In this document: positions 38,069 to 51,256 of the stretch, one piece after another
Numbering within the stretch: position 1 is the first letter of the stretch
Layout: the number at the start of each line of letters is the position of its first letter
Origin: Sphyrna mokarran
Taxonomy: Eukaryota
Direction of reading: 5' to 3'
Length of the DNA stretch: 64,000 bases
NCBI GenBank assembly: GCA_024679065.1
Contig: JAGIQG010000023.1
Location: 10,168,001 to 10,232,000 of the forward strand
Position numbers and translations under genes: made by a program
The notes under the pieces: model-generated
The model's database searches: none
Told to the model about the DNA's origin: nothing
The model's input: only the letters and a program-made list of their open reading frames with translations

Positions 38069-39486
38069 CAGGACTTCAGAGAGTCAGGGGATGAGTTGCT
38101 TGCTGAAGTATTCACAGGCATGGACCCACTTTTGCATTAATAGTATCTATATGGCTGATTCAGTTCTGTTCCTCATCAACAGTAACCCCCAAAATGTTGA
38201 AACTGAGAGATGCAGCAATGATAACATCACTGAATGACCAGGGATTCCAAATATCAGATAAACTTAATATCAAATTCTCACTCTTCTATTCAAATTTTCC
38301 ACGGTCTCATCAACCCCCATTTTTACAAATGTTTCTGTAAATCTTGTGTTTCCCCAACTCTGGCTTAGATTCTCTCCATTTGGGCTTGGGATAAGATTCT
38401 CCAGACAGGTTTGTGGATCAACCCTTTGTGAGCGAGAATGGAAAATATGGCATTCTAGCCCAAACTCCATTCACTGTCAGCAGGAGGGGAAAATCCCAAT
38501 CGTGAAAGAGGACAGAAAATTTTGCCCATGATTTATGTCTGAGAATTAAGTGGTGCTGAAGGCACTTGGCATTCACCAGGTCATATCTGGGTGCTATCCA
38601 GATCTTGCTCCGTATGTAGACAGGGACTTTTCCAATATTGGAATATTGCTGAATGGTTCTGAATGTTGTGCAACCAGCAGTCAATATCCTTACACCTGGC
38701 CAGATGATACAGGAAAGGATTATGGGCAAAATTGAGGATCTGGGATGGAGCTTGACTATTGTTCAGTGAGCCAGCTCTGGAACAATGAGTTGAATTAATT
38801 CCTTCTTGTCTGTCATTTCTAGATTTCTAATACACACTCCCTGAGGCCTCTCTCTCTGGGATAACTTGTCCACACCATGGTGTAGCCGATATGATCCCTA
38901 GTCATGCCTGTTCACCTACATCATCTGATGTTCAAGAAATGTGGCAACACCCGTGCTGTTTGCTTATAACTAATTTTGTGTCAGTGCTGATCTGCTCCCT
39001 GTTGCAAACGCAGCTCTGCATTTGGCATCTGACACCTACTGAACATTCATAGGGTTTTTATCTCACCCCACCCTGAGGACAGCAACACATTTTTCTTGCA
39101 GTTTCAAACTATAAACATTGCAAGTTGCAACAAAAATGAACACATTTATTTCCAGTGTCAATCTCTCTCTTTGCCTTTCTCATCAGCTATTAAAGAATTT
39201 GAGGAGTTAATGGAATATTGCTATAAATTGGTACTTATTTAGGATGGAGCCATCACTCACAGAATTCTATACTCAATAAAAAATGATCAAACATTGGAAC
39301 CATTTGGAAAATTCAGAACTCTGAGTACAAACTTTTACACGTGAGTAAGAACTTCACTCTAAGTAAATCTAAAATTAGAACTCTCATTGATCACAGCCTT
39401 GGGTAGAGAAACATTTTTTATTATTAACTCATTGGTGGAATCAACAACAACAGCAATAACTTGCTCTTTTTAAAGTGTCTTTTATC

Positions 39487-39800
39487 ATAGAATCCTGCAG
39501 TGCAGATGGAGGTCATTCAGTCCATCGAGACTGCACAATGCCACCAGACTCTACCCCTGTAACTTCAGATATTTACCCTGCTAATTCCCTGATATAATGG
39601 GGCATTTTAACATGGGCAATGAATCTAACTTTCACATCTTTGGGTTGTAGGATGAAACCGGGGTGCCTGGAGGAAATTCGCACAGATAACGGGGAGGAAA
39701 TTGTACAAATTCCACACTGCCAGTCACCCAATTTCAGAATTGAACTTGGGTACCTGGCACTGTGAGACAGCAGTGCTAGCCACTGTGCCACCATACTGCC
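39487..39800 (-). mobile_element. V-domain tRNA SINE (HE1-like); a second copy at ~40170-40480
   Basis: tRNA-like head ggtggcacagtggctagcactg, V core and CR1-type tail on the minus strand. Confidence 0.7.
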
Positions 39801-40683
39801 CGGTAAAACCTCCTCAGGCATTTTATGCCATCAGACAAGTGTTATTGCCGAGGCAAAGATTAGATCAAAGAGACTGGTCAGTTTTAGGGAGAGGTTGCAG
39901 GAGCTTTGAATGTAGACAATTGGAAACAGTACTTTTAGCAGTGTGGTGAAGAATTGGAAATACTTGAGAAGCCAGAGTTGGGGAAACACAAGATTTACAG
40001 AAACATTTGTAAAAATGGGGGTTGATGAGAAATTTGAATAGGAGAATGAGAATTTGATATTAAGTTTATCTGATATTTGGAACCACCCTATGAGTTCATA
40101 CACAGGACTGAGGAGCACCCATCAAGTATCAGAACAACCTGTCATGTACGATACGGAATAATTATAGATTTATAGAAGCCCTACTGTGCAAAAGGAGGCC
40201 ATTCAGTCCATCAAGTCTTCACTGACACAATCTACCTAAGCCTTATCTCTGTTATCCTACTAATGCCTCTAACCTATACATCCTGGAGCACTAAGGGCAA
40301 TTTAGCATAGCCAAAGCTCTTAACCTGCACATCTTTGGACTGTGGGAGGAAATGCAGGAGAAACCCATTCAGAAACGGGGAGAATGTGCAAACTCCACAC
40401 ATCGGTTACCTAAGCCAGGACTTGAACACAGATTTCTGGAGCAGTGAGGCAGCAGTGCTAACCACTGTGTCACTATACCACCTACGCTCTTCAAATGCTC
40501 CTTACATGTATCACCCGAACAGGTATATACTGAAACTCATTAAAGGGGCTTTTGTCAAGCAAAGCTACTACATACAAATACACAAATTAGGAACAGGAAC
40601 AGGCCATTCGGCCCCTCCTTATTAAGGGGAAACAGAGTTATGGGGAAAAGGCAGGAGAAAGGGGATGAGAAATATATCAGCAT

Positions 40684-41412
40684 ATGAAATATAGGGCTAA
40701 TGGAAGGACCCTTAATAGTGTTGTCGAGCAGAGGGATCTTGGGGTACAAGTACATAGCTCTTTGAAAGTTGGCACCCAGGTTGATAAAGTTGTTAAGAAG
40801 GCGTACGGTGTGTTAGCTTTTATTGGTAGAGGGATTGAATTTAGGAGCCGTGAGGTTATGTTACAACTGTACAAAACTCTGGTGCGGCCGCACTTGGAGT
40901 ATTGCGTACAGTTCTGGTCGCCGCATTATAAGAAAGATGTGGAAGCATTGGAAAGGGTGCAGAGGAGGTTTACCAGGATGTTGCCTGGTATGGTGGGAAG
41001 GCCTTATGAGGAAAGGCTGAGGGACCTGAGGTTATTTTCATTAGAGAGAAGAAGGTTACGCGGTGACCTAATTGAGGCGTATAAGATGATCAAGGGATTG
41101 GATAGGGTGGATAGTGAGAGCTTTTTTCCTCGGATGGTGATGACCAACACGAGGGGACATAACTTTAAATTAAAAGGTGGTAGTTATAGGACGGATGTCA
41201 GAGGCAGGTTCTTTACACAGAGTGTGGTGAGAGTGTGGAATGCCCTGCCTGCAGCAGTTGTGGACTCGCCTACTTTGGGGGCATTCAAATGTTCGGTGGA
41301 TAGGCATATGGATGATATTGGAATAGTTTAGGTTAAAGGGTCCACTGGCCGGCGCAACATCGAGGGCTGAAGGGCCTGTACTGCGCTGTAATGTTCTATG
41401 TTCTATGTTCTA
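40684..41412 (+). mobile_element. Young 5'-truncated CR1 LINE nested in older CR1 tails
   Basis: Uninterrupted 215-aa ORF2 C-terminus (RDLGV..LVRPHLEYCVQFWSP..VWNALP); tail (gttctat)n. Confidence 0.9.
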
Positions 41413-42987
41413 CGATTAAATGGTGGAGTAGACTCAATGGACTGAGTGACCTAATCCTGTTCCTGTGTCTTATGGGTCTTATGGTCTCATGCCGGATCTG
41501 TTATTCAATAATATCATGGCTGATCTGATTGTGACTTCAACTTCAAATCCCATTTATCCTGATAATCTTTGATTAAATGTTAGTCTAGAATTTTCCATCC
41601 CTGTCTTAAAAATATTTATTGTTAGTTCCTCCATTGTTTTCTGAGAAAGTGAGTTTTAACGGGCGCAAAATTGGGGTAAATTTGGGTGTCGAGCCAGAGC
41701 AGATCTCACCTTTACCGACATCCAATTTGGGCGTGGGTCGGTCTGTGCCCCATTGGGGCAGCCTAACAAATTTAAATGCATTAGCATGCATTTAAATTGA
41801 TTTAACGAACCGCGCACCCAATTCGATGCCAAATCCCACTTTATGGTCTTTGGGTCTGTTCCCGATCCGTGCTGTTATCAACCTGCAGTATAAAAATCCG
41901 AAGTGGATTCCTACTCTGCAGGGGAACCTCCAAAGCCTACCCTCCTCAAACACCCTTTGCAGACCTCCTGCTAACCACCCCGGTAAAATTCCACTCACCC
42001 CATCCATATCCATGTGGATACGATCGGTGCAACTTGTGGGCCGGAGGGCCTCTTTGTGCTGCAGTGTTCTATGTTCTATGGAGTCCTGTTGGATTTTAAC
42101 CTGGTGTCGTGAGACTTCTCACCGCACTCATTGGACAGCCTGCATCTTCCTGGTCTTCCGCTGGCATCTGCCGGAAAAGGAGTTGGTGGTGATTATCCCA
42201 AGTCCATCCTCCACCTCACTACCCCCCACCAGAAATCCATCTGAACACGCCCCACCCTCTGCTTTCAGCAGACGCCAGCAGAAGGCCAGGAAGGTGTTGC
42301 AGGCTGTCCAACGAGTGCAGTAAGAAGTCTCACAACATCAATAGGACTTTCCAACAGGACTTTAACCTGGTGTTATGAGATCTATTACTGTGTTTACCCC
42401 CGTCCAACACCGATATCTCCACATCAACGACTGCAAGTCAGAAGGATGGTGGAGGGAGAACAGCAATTGAGGTGGATTAGGGGTGTACTTTGCTGGTAGG
42501 CCTGCCTCCTGGGGTGGGTCTGATCGCGGGGAGTGCGGGGTGCTGCCTCCCCAGGAGGAGGGGGGAGGTTCTGTTTGGTGAACGTTCACTGAACTGGCAT
42601 GGTTATCTTAGGGCAAAAAGTTACACAGGTTGGGCCTGTATCCATTGGAGTTTAAGGATGAGGTGTGACCTTATTGAAATCAATAACTCTTTACTCAGAG
42701 AACTGTGAATCTTTGGAATTCTTGACCCCAGAGGGCTGTGGAAGCTCAGTCACTGAATTGAAAATTGACATGTTCCGGGAGGTACAGAGAATAACACTCG
42801 ACAAATACAAACAACCACATATTCTAAATCCTATTATTACAATAAGCTAGTTCCCCACAAATACAATCAGATATTCCAAACACCATTACTATAATAAATT
42901 AATTATAAACCAACATTTAACCAAACATTAGAATAAAGTATTTGCAAATCCGAGACACATTTTGGGAGTAGAATTTTTAATGGCTCA

Positions 42988-43900
42988 TTAATATAAATCA
43001 CAAAATAGCACCCTTCCTATAAACATTGTTCTACTGAATAATGATTCAAGGGTGAACCCTACATTCTGCCTCCAGGCCATCCTCTTTTTCCATCGGTTGA
43101 ATTGGACTGTGAGGATGATTAGATATACCAGGGCGAACAAAATTAGTACTACAGCCAGGTGTGATATTAAGCGAACAAATGGATGGATTTGAATGTTTGA
43201 ACCCCAGTTCCAAAGGTCATCCCACCAAGTGGTGACTTTGATTTCCTTAATCCTCTTTTTTACCTCTTGGGTCTGTTGTACTACTTTGGTGAAGGTTCTG
43301 TGGGCTGTAGCCAATTTTGCCTGAACCAGGTTCAATTCCTCCGGCAGGAGGTTTAAGCTTGTATCATGTTTCTCATGGCACTTCCCGAGAGTCTGTCGGA
43401 GCTTGTCAGTGGCGTTCAAATCTATCCTCTCCCTCTTATGAATGTCTATTAGTTGAACGAAACTCACTCTGGCTGGTATGTCTGGTTTGATGCAGAATGT
43501 AGTGTTAGTAATATTACAATGTGTCGTGCTATACTGATGTTGTTTCAGTGAGGTGGTAAGGCAGTACCCCCTGCTCCTTTGTAAGCTACTTGGGTTATGT
43601 CTGTGTCCAGGTTACGAACTTTTACTGAGTAACTTAGACTAGTGCTTGTTCTAAAGCCACACACTGCATGCTCATTTAACTAAACTGGGGGCGGACATGC
43701 AATTATTTCATCAGTTTGCTGATATCTGTCCAAAGTAGTGCCCATGATTCCCCCTTCTTCTTCCACTGCGTATGGTAAATTGCCTTCGTATCTTATCCAG
43801 ATACCCTCATGGATACTCCCTATATCTTCCACATCAAAGACCCTCAGTCCAACCTGGTTGTCAGCCCTGGGGGATGGAGACTATTGATGAGTCCAGGACA
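42988..43900 (-). mobile_element. Endogenous viral envelope/fusion glycoprotein gene fragment (C-terminal half), degenerate
   Basis: Cys-rich ectodomain (one stop, one frameshift), heptad repeat, Trp-rich TTWWDDLWNW, TM LISHLAVVLILFALVYLIILTV and basic tail RWKKR. Confidence 0.7.
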
Positions 43901-44309
43901 TTGTTAGGAGTAGATTTGTATCGTTGTGCCATTAAACCCTTCATTGTATAGAGTTCATCTCAATCAATAAATTCCTTAGTTTGTAATTTAACCATATTGA
44001 GTTATCTCATGTTATTTCACCTGGAGAACTCAGTCTCTTACCAGAACACAATTTCCTCCTTGGGAATCAGCACAGTGAACGGAAGGTGGGAATGTCCGAC
44101 CTGCAGCCAAAAACTACGAACAGCACTCCAGGTGTGGCCTCACCAATTCCCCATTTGTAACCCATCTGTAACAGAAGATAACAACCCTTTCTTTAAATTC
44201 AAAACAATGTGGGACCATGTACCCTGCAGCACATATTCAGTTGAGACATTTTAAGTATAACTACCATTCTGATTTAAGCCTTTTCAATGTTAATATTTTC
44301 GTTTTTCAG

Positions 44310-44362
44310 ATACAGATGACAATGGCCATGGAAGACACACTGATAATCTTTATGACAATCAG
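44310..44362 (+). pseudogene. Orphan cytoplasmic-tail mini-exon (DTDDNGHGRHTDNLYDNQ) of a receptor paralogue
   Basis: Acceptor ttttcgtttttcag, donor CAG|GTGATG, phase 1-0, YDN motif; in phase with the ITIM exon at 46563. Confidence 0.55.
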
Positions 44363-46562
44363 GTGATGAAATTGAGTATGAATTCTCTAATATCTGGACA
44401 TTTTCAACCTGGATGGTATAGAACTTACAGCACTGAAATAGGCCATTCAGGCCAACTGTCCATGCCGGATTTGATGCTCAACCCATCCTCCTCCCATCTC
44501 TCTTTATCCAACCCAAACAGCATAAGCTTCTATTCCTTTCACTCACACTTGTTTCTGTGGATTTGCCTTAAATATATTGATGCTGTTTGACTGAACTACA
44601 CCTTGGATTGGCTCCAATCTTTAATCTCATTGAATGGGCACAAAGGTAGACAGACCTTGGCTTTACCATCAGAAATGAGACCTCGTTAATTATTTCATCC
44701 CAACTTTGGATTTGATGACATTTGTCAGTTTACGGTCTCATCTATTCCTGTAAAGTCTCAAATATTACTGCCAAAACAGAACAAAAGTTGAAAATAAGAA
44801 AATGCTATCAAAAGCTAATGAGTCCATCTGTTTGGTGATGAGAGATTGGCCTTGCTGTAACTTCATCCATCTAGTCCCTAAGCTCTGGGTTCCTCTCTGT
44901 CTAATTCATCACTTCATTATTCCTTTAGGCATTCCTTAAAATATCTTTGCCTTAATTCTTTGAAGGATTTTGGTCACCTTCACTAATATCTTCTTCCTTG
45001 GTTTAGTTTGTGTTTGTACCTGATGATGTTGCCATGGGTCTACGTTGAAGTCTCCAAATAAATGTACTTATTCCTATTAAATGTGGACATTGCTAATTCT
45101 AATTCTAATTTAGGATCACTGTTGATTCTACTGTGTGATAGTAATGTGAAAGTTTCTGTCATTCTGAAGGGGTTTGCATCATTGAACGCAGTCCTGTTTC
45201 CCTGTGAATTAATTACAGTTCACTGGGAAGCTGCTGTGAAGATGTTTCAGTGCGGTTCCCACAATTACAGATGCGCAGCACACACAAACTGATCAAAAGA
45301 CAGAAAAAAGAACTCTGATAATCATAAGCCATAACAGCAGGCATGGATGTTTGGATGGTGTAACCGTGTCAGCACACCTCGTTAGTAATTAATCATTATA
45401 ATTAGACAAGCATATAGAGGCTACAACTGGTTAACTATATTCACCTGACATAAATGAAGTTATCAGAACTATTTGCTGTAATTGGATATCAATGAGTTCT
45501 GAAAAAATGTGTCCTTGTGATTGGTGTGTGAGGATTATGTGTAAGAATCACCAAGTTATAATGGTGTGTGCCATGTACCAGTACGCCACCTTGTGGGATG
45601 CAGACCTCATTGCTAAAGGGTGAATAAAGGCTGATTTAAAACCCCGAAAGTTTCATCTGGTCTGTCGAGGGTATGAGATATAATTTCCCTGAATGGCAGC
45701 AAAATTCCATATCACATCCTGCCTTGGAAAATTTAAAATTTAAGGTTGGATTCAGCAAGCTGGGGCTCTCTTTGACTAATGATCTGATTGAGATCTTCAA
45801 GATTCAGTTAGAGATAACAAAGATGTTTCCACTTGCAAGCAGTGACCAGAAATCGTGGATAGTCATTAATAACATGGAAGCAGTGGGGTAATGGTATTGT
45901 CATTGGATGAGGAATCCAGAAATCTGGGATCATCATCTTGTGACCTCAGTTCAAATCCCATCACAGCAGAATTCAATAAAAATCTGGAATTAAATGTCTA
46001 ATGAGGACCACAAAACTACTGTCGATTGCTGTAAAAATCCATCCACTAATGTCCTTTAGGGACATTTCCTTTCAAAAATCTGCTGCTTTTACCTGGTCTG
46101 GTCTACATGCGTTCATAAATGTCCCCTGAGATGCTGAGCAAATCATTCAGTCCAATTATGGATAGGTAACAATTGTTGGCCCAGCCACTGATGCCCACAT
46201 TCAATGTGTGAATAAAAAAGGTTCATCCAACAGTGAATTCAAGAGAAACATCTTTACCCAGAGTGTTCAAAATGTCGAATTTTCCACCACAGAGAACAGT
46301 TGAGGCAAATAGCTGAAATACGTTAAAACAGAAGTTGGATAAGCACATGGGAAGGAAAGGATTTGAGTGTTATTTTGATGAGATTAACTGGACAAGTTTA
46401 TGTGGAGTTACGGACAAATAATGTGTTTCACCGCTGGAGATAGATTATCAAATGCTGTAATCATTTGTAAACTGATTTGCAATCATCTAAAAATCGATTT
46501 CTCCACAAATCACCATTCAAGTTAAATGGAAATAAATTAGATCTTTATTTTTTCTATTACAG

Positions 46563-46838
46563 TAATTGGCAGTTGTAGAAGAGAACATTGTGTATGCCAG
46601 TGTAAAATGCAATTGAAGGAACTCAGCAGAAACACACAGAGAGCAAACTGTCCACTTCACTAACAATGAGGATGGAGTCACAAATGCAGCAGTGCAGATT
46701 CAAAAGCCTGAAGAGTTAAGAGGTTGAGGCACTCAGTTAACAATGAGGATGTCTCAAAGTTCAATGGTAGCTCTGAAAGAACAACATACAAACTTTAATA
46801 AATTTGAAATGGCAATACATACTAATATAACTCATTAG
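46563..46838 (+). pseudogene. Decayed terminal cytoplasmic exon with ITIM (IVYASV) and degenerate ITIMs
   Basis: Acceptor ttttttctattacag. Frame reads *LAVVEENIVYASVKCN*..GVTNAAV..*..AIHTNI*, with in-frame stops. AATAAA downstream at ~47058. Confidence 0.7.
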
Positions 46839-47710
46839 GAAAAGAATTCATGAAGTGCATGTGATAAATATTATTCCTTCTTATTTTGCAATTAAATTTC
46901 ATCTGCAATGAACTGTCCACAAACTTACTTTGTCAATTTGTCTATAGTCTGAGTTATTCCCTCCAGTTTTATTGCCGCTTCCTATCTGGTATCATCATCA
47001 TATTTAATCACTGAACAATTGATATAAATGAGAAATAGCAAATTAAAACAAATTACCAATAAAACTTTATATTTAAGTTATTTTCATGAAACTTGCGGGG
47101 TTGTTTTTCTTAACACTTTGTCTTGCTGGAGGCTTTGTTCCCTTCAAGTGGTCAGACCAGGTTTTGGGATTTTAAATTAGATGTTTATTAGTAGCTATAG
47201 TAAGAGCCCAAGCATGCCAGGTAAAGGTTAGCCAGTTTCTGTCTATATTTCTGGATATCAATTATCTCTCCCATGTCCAGATATCTGACTTAATGAATTC
47301 TCTCAGACAATGCATGGGATGTTCTGACTGTGCTCACCTTGAAACTGGAAAATCCCACCCAAATTGAACAGACCTTTCCATAGTCCAACCCTTGTTCGCT
47401 ACAATTCCTCTAACAGGAGGAATAGGAAAATTTGCCTCTATGAGTCTAAGATAGATAAATAAACCTAAATCTACAGTGTCTCCCTCAATGCAAGCTGGTG
47501 TAATTCTTTTATTAGATATGACTAACAGAAGGTGAAGACCTTATGGACTAGATTTCACCATCTGGATGACTGAGCCTTCATGACATAACTTCCTGCTGCC
47601 TTCTTCCTCTTTTAAATTCCTTCTACATCTTATACTCAAGTCTTTTTTCTGTGTGAGACACAGGAGCTGAGTGACTGATGAAAAGCACTGAGTTGATGTC
47701 CAACAGAACG

Positions 47711-47746
47711 TTGTGAATTTTGATTCTCCTCGTTTGATCTCTGCCT
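47711..47746 (+). pseudogene. Dead leader exon of another paralogue
   Basis: ttg tga att ttg att ctc ctc gtt tga tct ctg cct|gtgagtaa aligns codon by codon with the live leaders. Flanks ~47660-47850 align with ~61395-61595. ATG lost, two stops. Confidence 0.8.
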
Positions 47747-50087
47747 GTGAGTAACAGCCAGAACTGGACAATCAGATAATGAATGTTAGTTTAACTCTAG
47801 TGTATGGTAGAGATGTTTAAATATTTGGAGATGTGTAAAGGCACAAAAGACAATTTTGTCTTGCAGTGGGTAGAGTCTCTGTATCTGAGTCTGAAGCTCC
47901 AGGTTTGAGTCCTGCTCTGCTACTGATGGGAATGGAAGGTGGGTTTTATCAAGGCCAAACAGTTTGATTGTCATTCTGAAAACTGTTCCAATATGCTGAA
48001 GGCGGGTGGTAAGAGGGAAAGATACTCAGTCAGCAATGTCTTGATGTGGAGTGATGTCCTTCATGCTATAATCCCTAACTTCAGGCTTGTGAGCAGGTCC
48101 AAGAACAAACTATTGGGAACAGGCACACACATTTGTTTTGTCTGCCTTGTGTGTCTCCAGATTTGGGAAATCTCCTAAGTTTAATGGCACAAAATACTTA
48201 GCAAATATAAGTGAATAATATTTATGACATATTGTATCTGCTCATGAATGTATGAGCACAACATTGATGCATTCACCAAATAAAGTAAACTGCATTATTA
48301 ATTGTGGATGTGAAATTAAGGATAATTTAATTTTTAAAAATCTAGTCAAGCCACATTTTTAAAATGGAAGCTGCCTTTAATTGGTAATTGTTTGAAATTG
48401 TGGGGAGAGGTTTTATATTCTCGCTTGTCCCGAAATTATAAAATCCTGCCCAATGTCAATGGAGCTTCTCACTGTCTGCCCGTCGCCCGCTCCGATTCCC
48501 ATATTGGGTGGGGCGGTAAAATTCCGATTATCTGTGTGCAATCCACACTGAAAACTGCAATGATAATAATCCCACAAACAGAACTCATTTGCAACAGTTT
48601 CGGTTGTTTAACATACAGTTGATGAGATGTGATTTTATGAGATCTTGTCAATGTTCCTCTATAGTAAACAATTGGTTCATATTAATGTTCCCACTCTTCT
48701 TTCAATTCATTAACTTTATTAAACTAGATTTCACTTTTCACTCCTACCCATTTTAACATTATCGAACATTATAGTGCAATGGAGTTCTTGATCAACTCTG
48801 CACCATTTACAACAGATCTATTTTCTTATCAGCAATGACAAACTCTGAGTCCCACTTTCTTTTGAGTTTCTCTAAGGAAATGATTCAAAGTTCCTTTCTT
48901 TATTTTAAACTTTGCACATCTTCCCAGAATGTTTCCTGAAATTTAACCATTGGAAACTGATCAGTGTTTGATTTAGTTTACACATAAACAACTCCCAAAT
49001 AACACACCAAGTGTCAATTGATGTCTCACTGGACACGTCATGATTTGTTTCAATCTTCTCTGACTTTTTTCAACACAACTTGTTCAAAATTCCCAGCATG
49101 CTTGATTATAGCTCTTAACAATTCTCATTGTTATTGTTGTTAATTAAAGTACTTGCCCAACTACATCATTTTTCACCAGATTTCCCTGGTCTTGAATTTC
49201 TACAATCTGAAAACCTGTTAGTTTATCACTTGTCCTCTTGTTCACATCGGGGAATCTAACTAACAATTTTGCTCATCTTGTACCAAAGTGACCTTCACTG
49301 GTCCCTGTGACAGGGTTGATACAATATCAGACTGGCTGATTATCGATCTGACTATCTGATTATCTGTCTGCAAAGTCTACACTGATGAAGAATTGGATGG
49401 AGAAGGACCAAACCAAAAAGAACAGCAATGAGTATGCATGCCACATGTTTTCAACATAACACAATATTGATGTGTTATGTTGAAAACATGTGTATTACAC
49501 TGAGTACTATATACTTTCATTTGATTTCCATAATACCATTCAGTCTTTCCAGAGTTCATTAACACTTTGTACAGAGATGGACTCACTTTATCTATAATGG
49601 AATGGAGTCCAGAATCTCTAGGAGAGACAAATCTGTTATCTCTTCTTATTCACTCTTGGGTTCACTTTCCCATCAAAATAAGCCTTACTCTGCTTCCTTC
49701 TACGCCCCATTTTAACAGCAGCTGACATCTTGGCAGCGAGAACATTGTGCACCAATTGCTATACGATTCTCTCATGACTAAGCGCAATCATTTCAGATTC
49801 AGAAAAGTTCAATCCTAAAAGAAGTCCAATTCTCCTCACAAGATGTGCAGTCATTAAAACGCGTGGAGTAAATGCATTTGAATTTGACACTGAATTTTGT
49901 GCTATTATCAGAACAAAGGGTAATAATGTGTTCCACATGGAATGATTTTGCTCTACACTTTTCCGAATCAAGGGTTTTAAAGGGTTATTCATTCTTTCTA
50001 CTACCCCACTCGATTGAGGTTGATAGGCAATGTGGAACTTTTGGTTGATTCAAAATAAGGTCAAGACATCCTGCATTACTTGAGCAG

Positions 50088-50649
50088 TAGCTCACCAATG
50101 CCTCTACTTTCTTAGATGGCTAAGAAAATTTGGCACATCTCCAAGACTCTCACCAACTTTTACAGGTGCACCATAAAAAGTCAATTTTCTGGTTGTTTTG
50201 CAACTTGGCATGGACCCTGCTCTTCCCAAGACTGCAAGAAAATACAAAAAGTCGCAAATGTAGCTCAATCAATCACGTAAACCAGCCTCCCATTCATTGA
50301 CTCTGTCTACATTTCCCACTGCCTCGGCAAAGCAGTCAGCATAATTAAGGACACTGCGCATCCAGGACATTCTCTCTTCCACCTTCTTCCACCATGAAAA
50401 ATATACAAAATTCTGAGGTCATGTACCAACCAACTGAAGATTATCTTCCCTGTTGCCATCAGACTTTTGAATGAACCTATCTCACAATTAGTTGATCTTT
50501 CTCTACACCCTAGCTATGACTATAAGCTACATTCTGTAGTGTCTCATTTCCTTCTCTATAAATGGCATGCTTTGTCTCTATAGCGTGCAAGAGACCCAAT
50601 ACTTTTTACTCTATACCAATACATGTGACAAAAATAAATCAAATCAAAC
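50088..50649 (+). mobile_element. Rex1/Babar LINE 3' fragment
   Basis: LYFLRWLRKFG..LTNFYRCTI-type C-terminal motif; tail aataaatcaaatcaaa. Splits the integrase. Confidence 0.7.
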
Positions 50650-51156
50650 AGGAAAAAGAATGCTTTGATCTGATTCAATGCTACTTAGGAGTACCCACCC
50701 GGTAAACACTTGCTGTACCAGAATATTAGCTGTCATTTTAGCTGTGTTGTTATGGATGGGGAATACTCCAACTCATTGACTGGAAGTGTCAATTATTACC
50801 AGGATACATTGGTATCCTCCCTGACATGGTGGTAAAGGAGCAACATCATCTATCTGCAATTAGTCTATGGCCCTTCAGTTGCTCCTGTATGCCTCAATTT
50901 CCCTTTACTTTTTTTTTAAGAGCAACACAGCACGGGAAACAGGCCCTTTGGCCCAATGAGCCCGCGCCGCCGTCATAACTATATAGTAGCAATTCCATTA
51001 TCCTATTATAGATTTAGGTTATTCCTAATATGGAAGGCTCTCACTATAGGGACAATTTGTTTCCCAATCAGCCTAAGAGCGAATTTTTGGGTTGTGGGAG
51101 GAAACCGGAGTGCCCGGAGAAAACCCACGCAACCACGGGGAGAACGCGCAAACTCC

Positions 51157-51256
51157 NNNNNNNNNNNNNNNNNNNNNNNNNNNNNNNNNNNNNNNNNNNN
51201 NNNNNNNNNNNNNNNNNNNNNNNNNNNNNNNNNNNNNNNNNNNNNNNNNNNNNNNN
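51157..51256. other. Assembly gap (100 N)
   Basis: Run of N. Confidence 1.

Larger units (their letters stand above)
33303..39625. repeat. Left arm of an inverted segmental duplication (partner 57773-64000+)
   Basis: Colinear reverse-complement matches 33303/64000, 33960/63403, 35758/61446, 36540/60290, 38830/58575 and 39625/57773, with shared old TEs and arm-specific insertions. Confidence 0.9.

Noticed and set aside
48700-49480. Possible N-terminal env remnant directly downstream of the integrase
   Set aside because: The position fits, but the sequence is too decayed to support by eye; needs a profile search.
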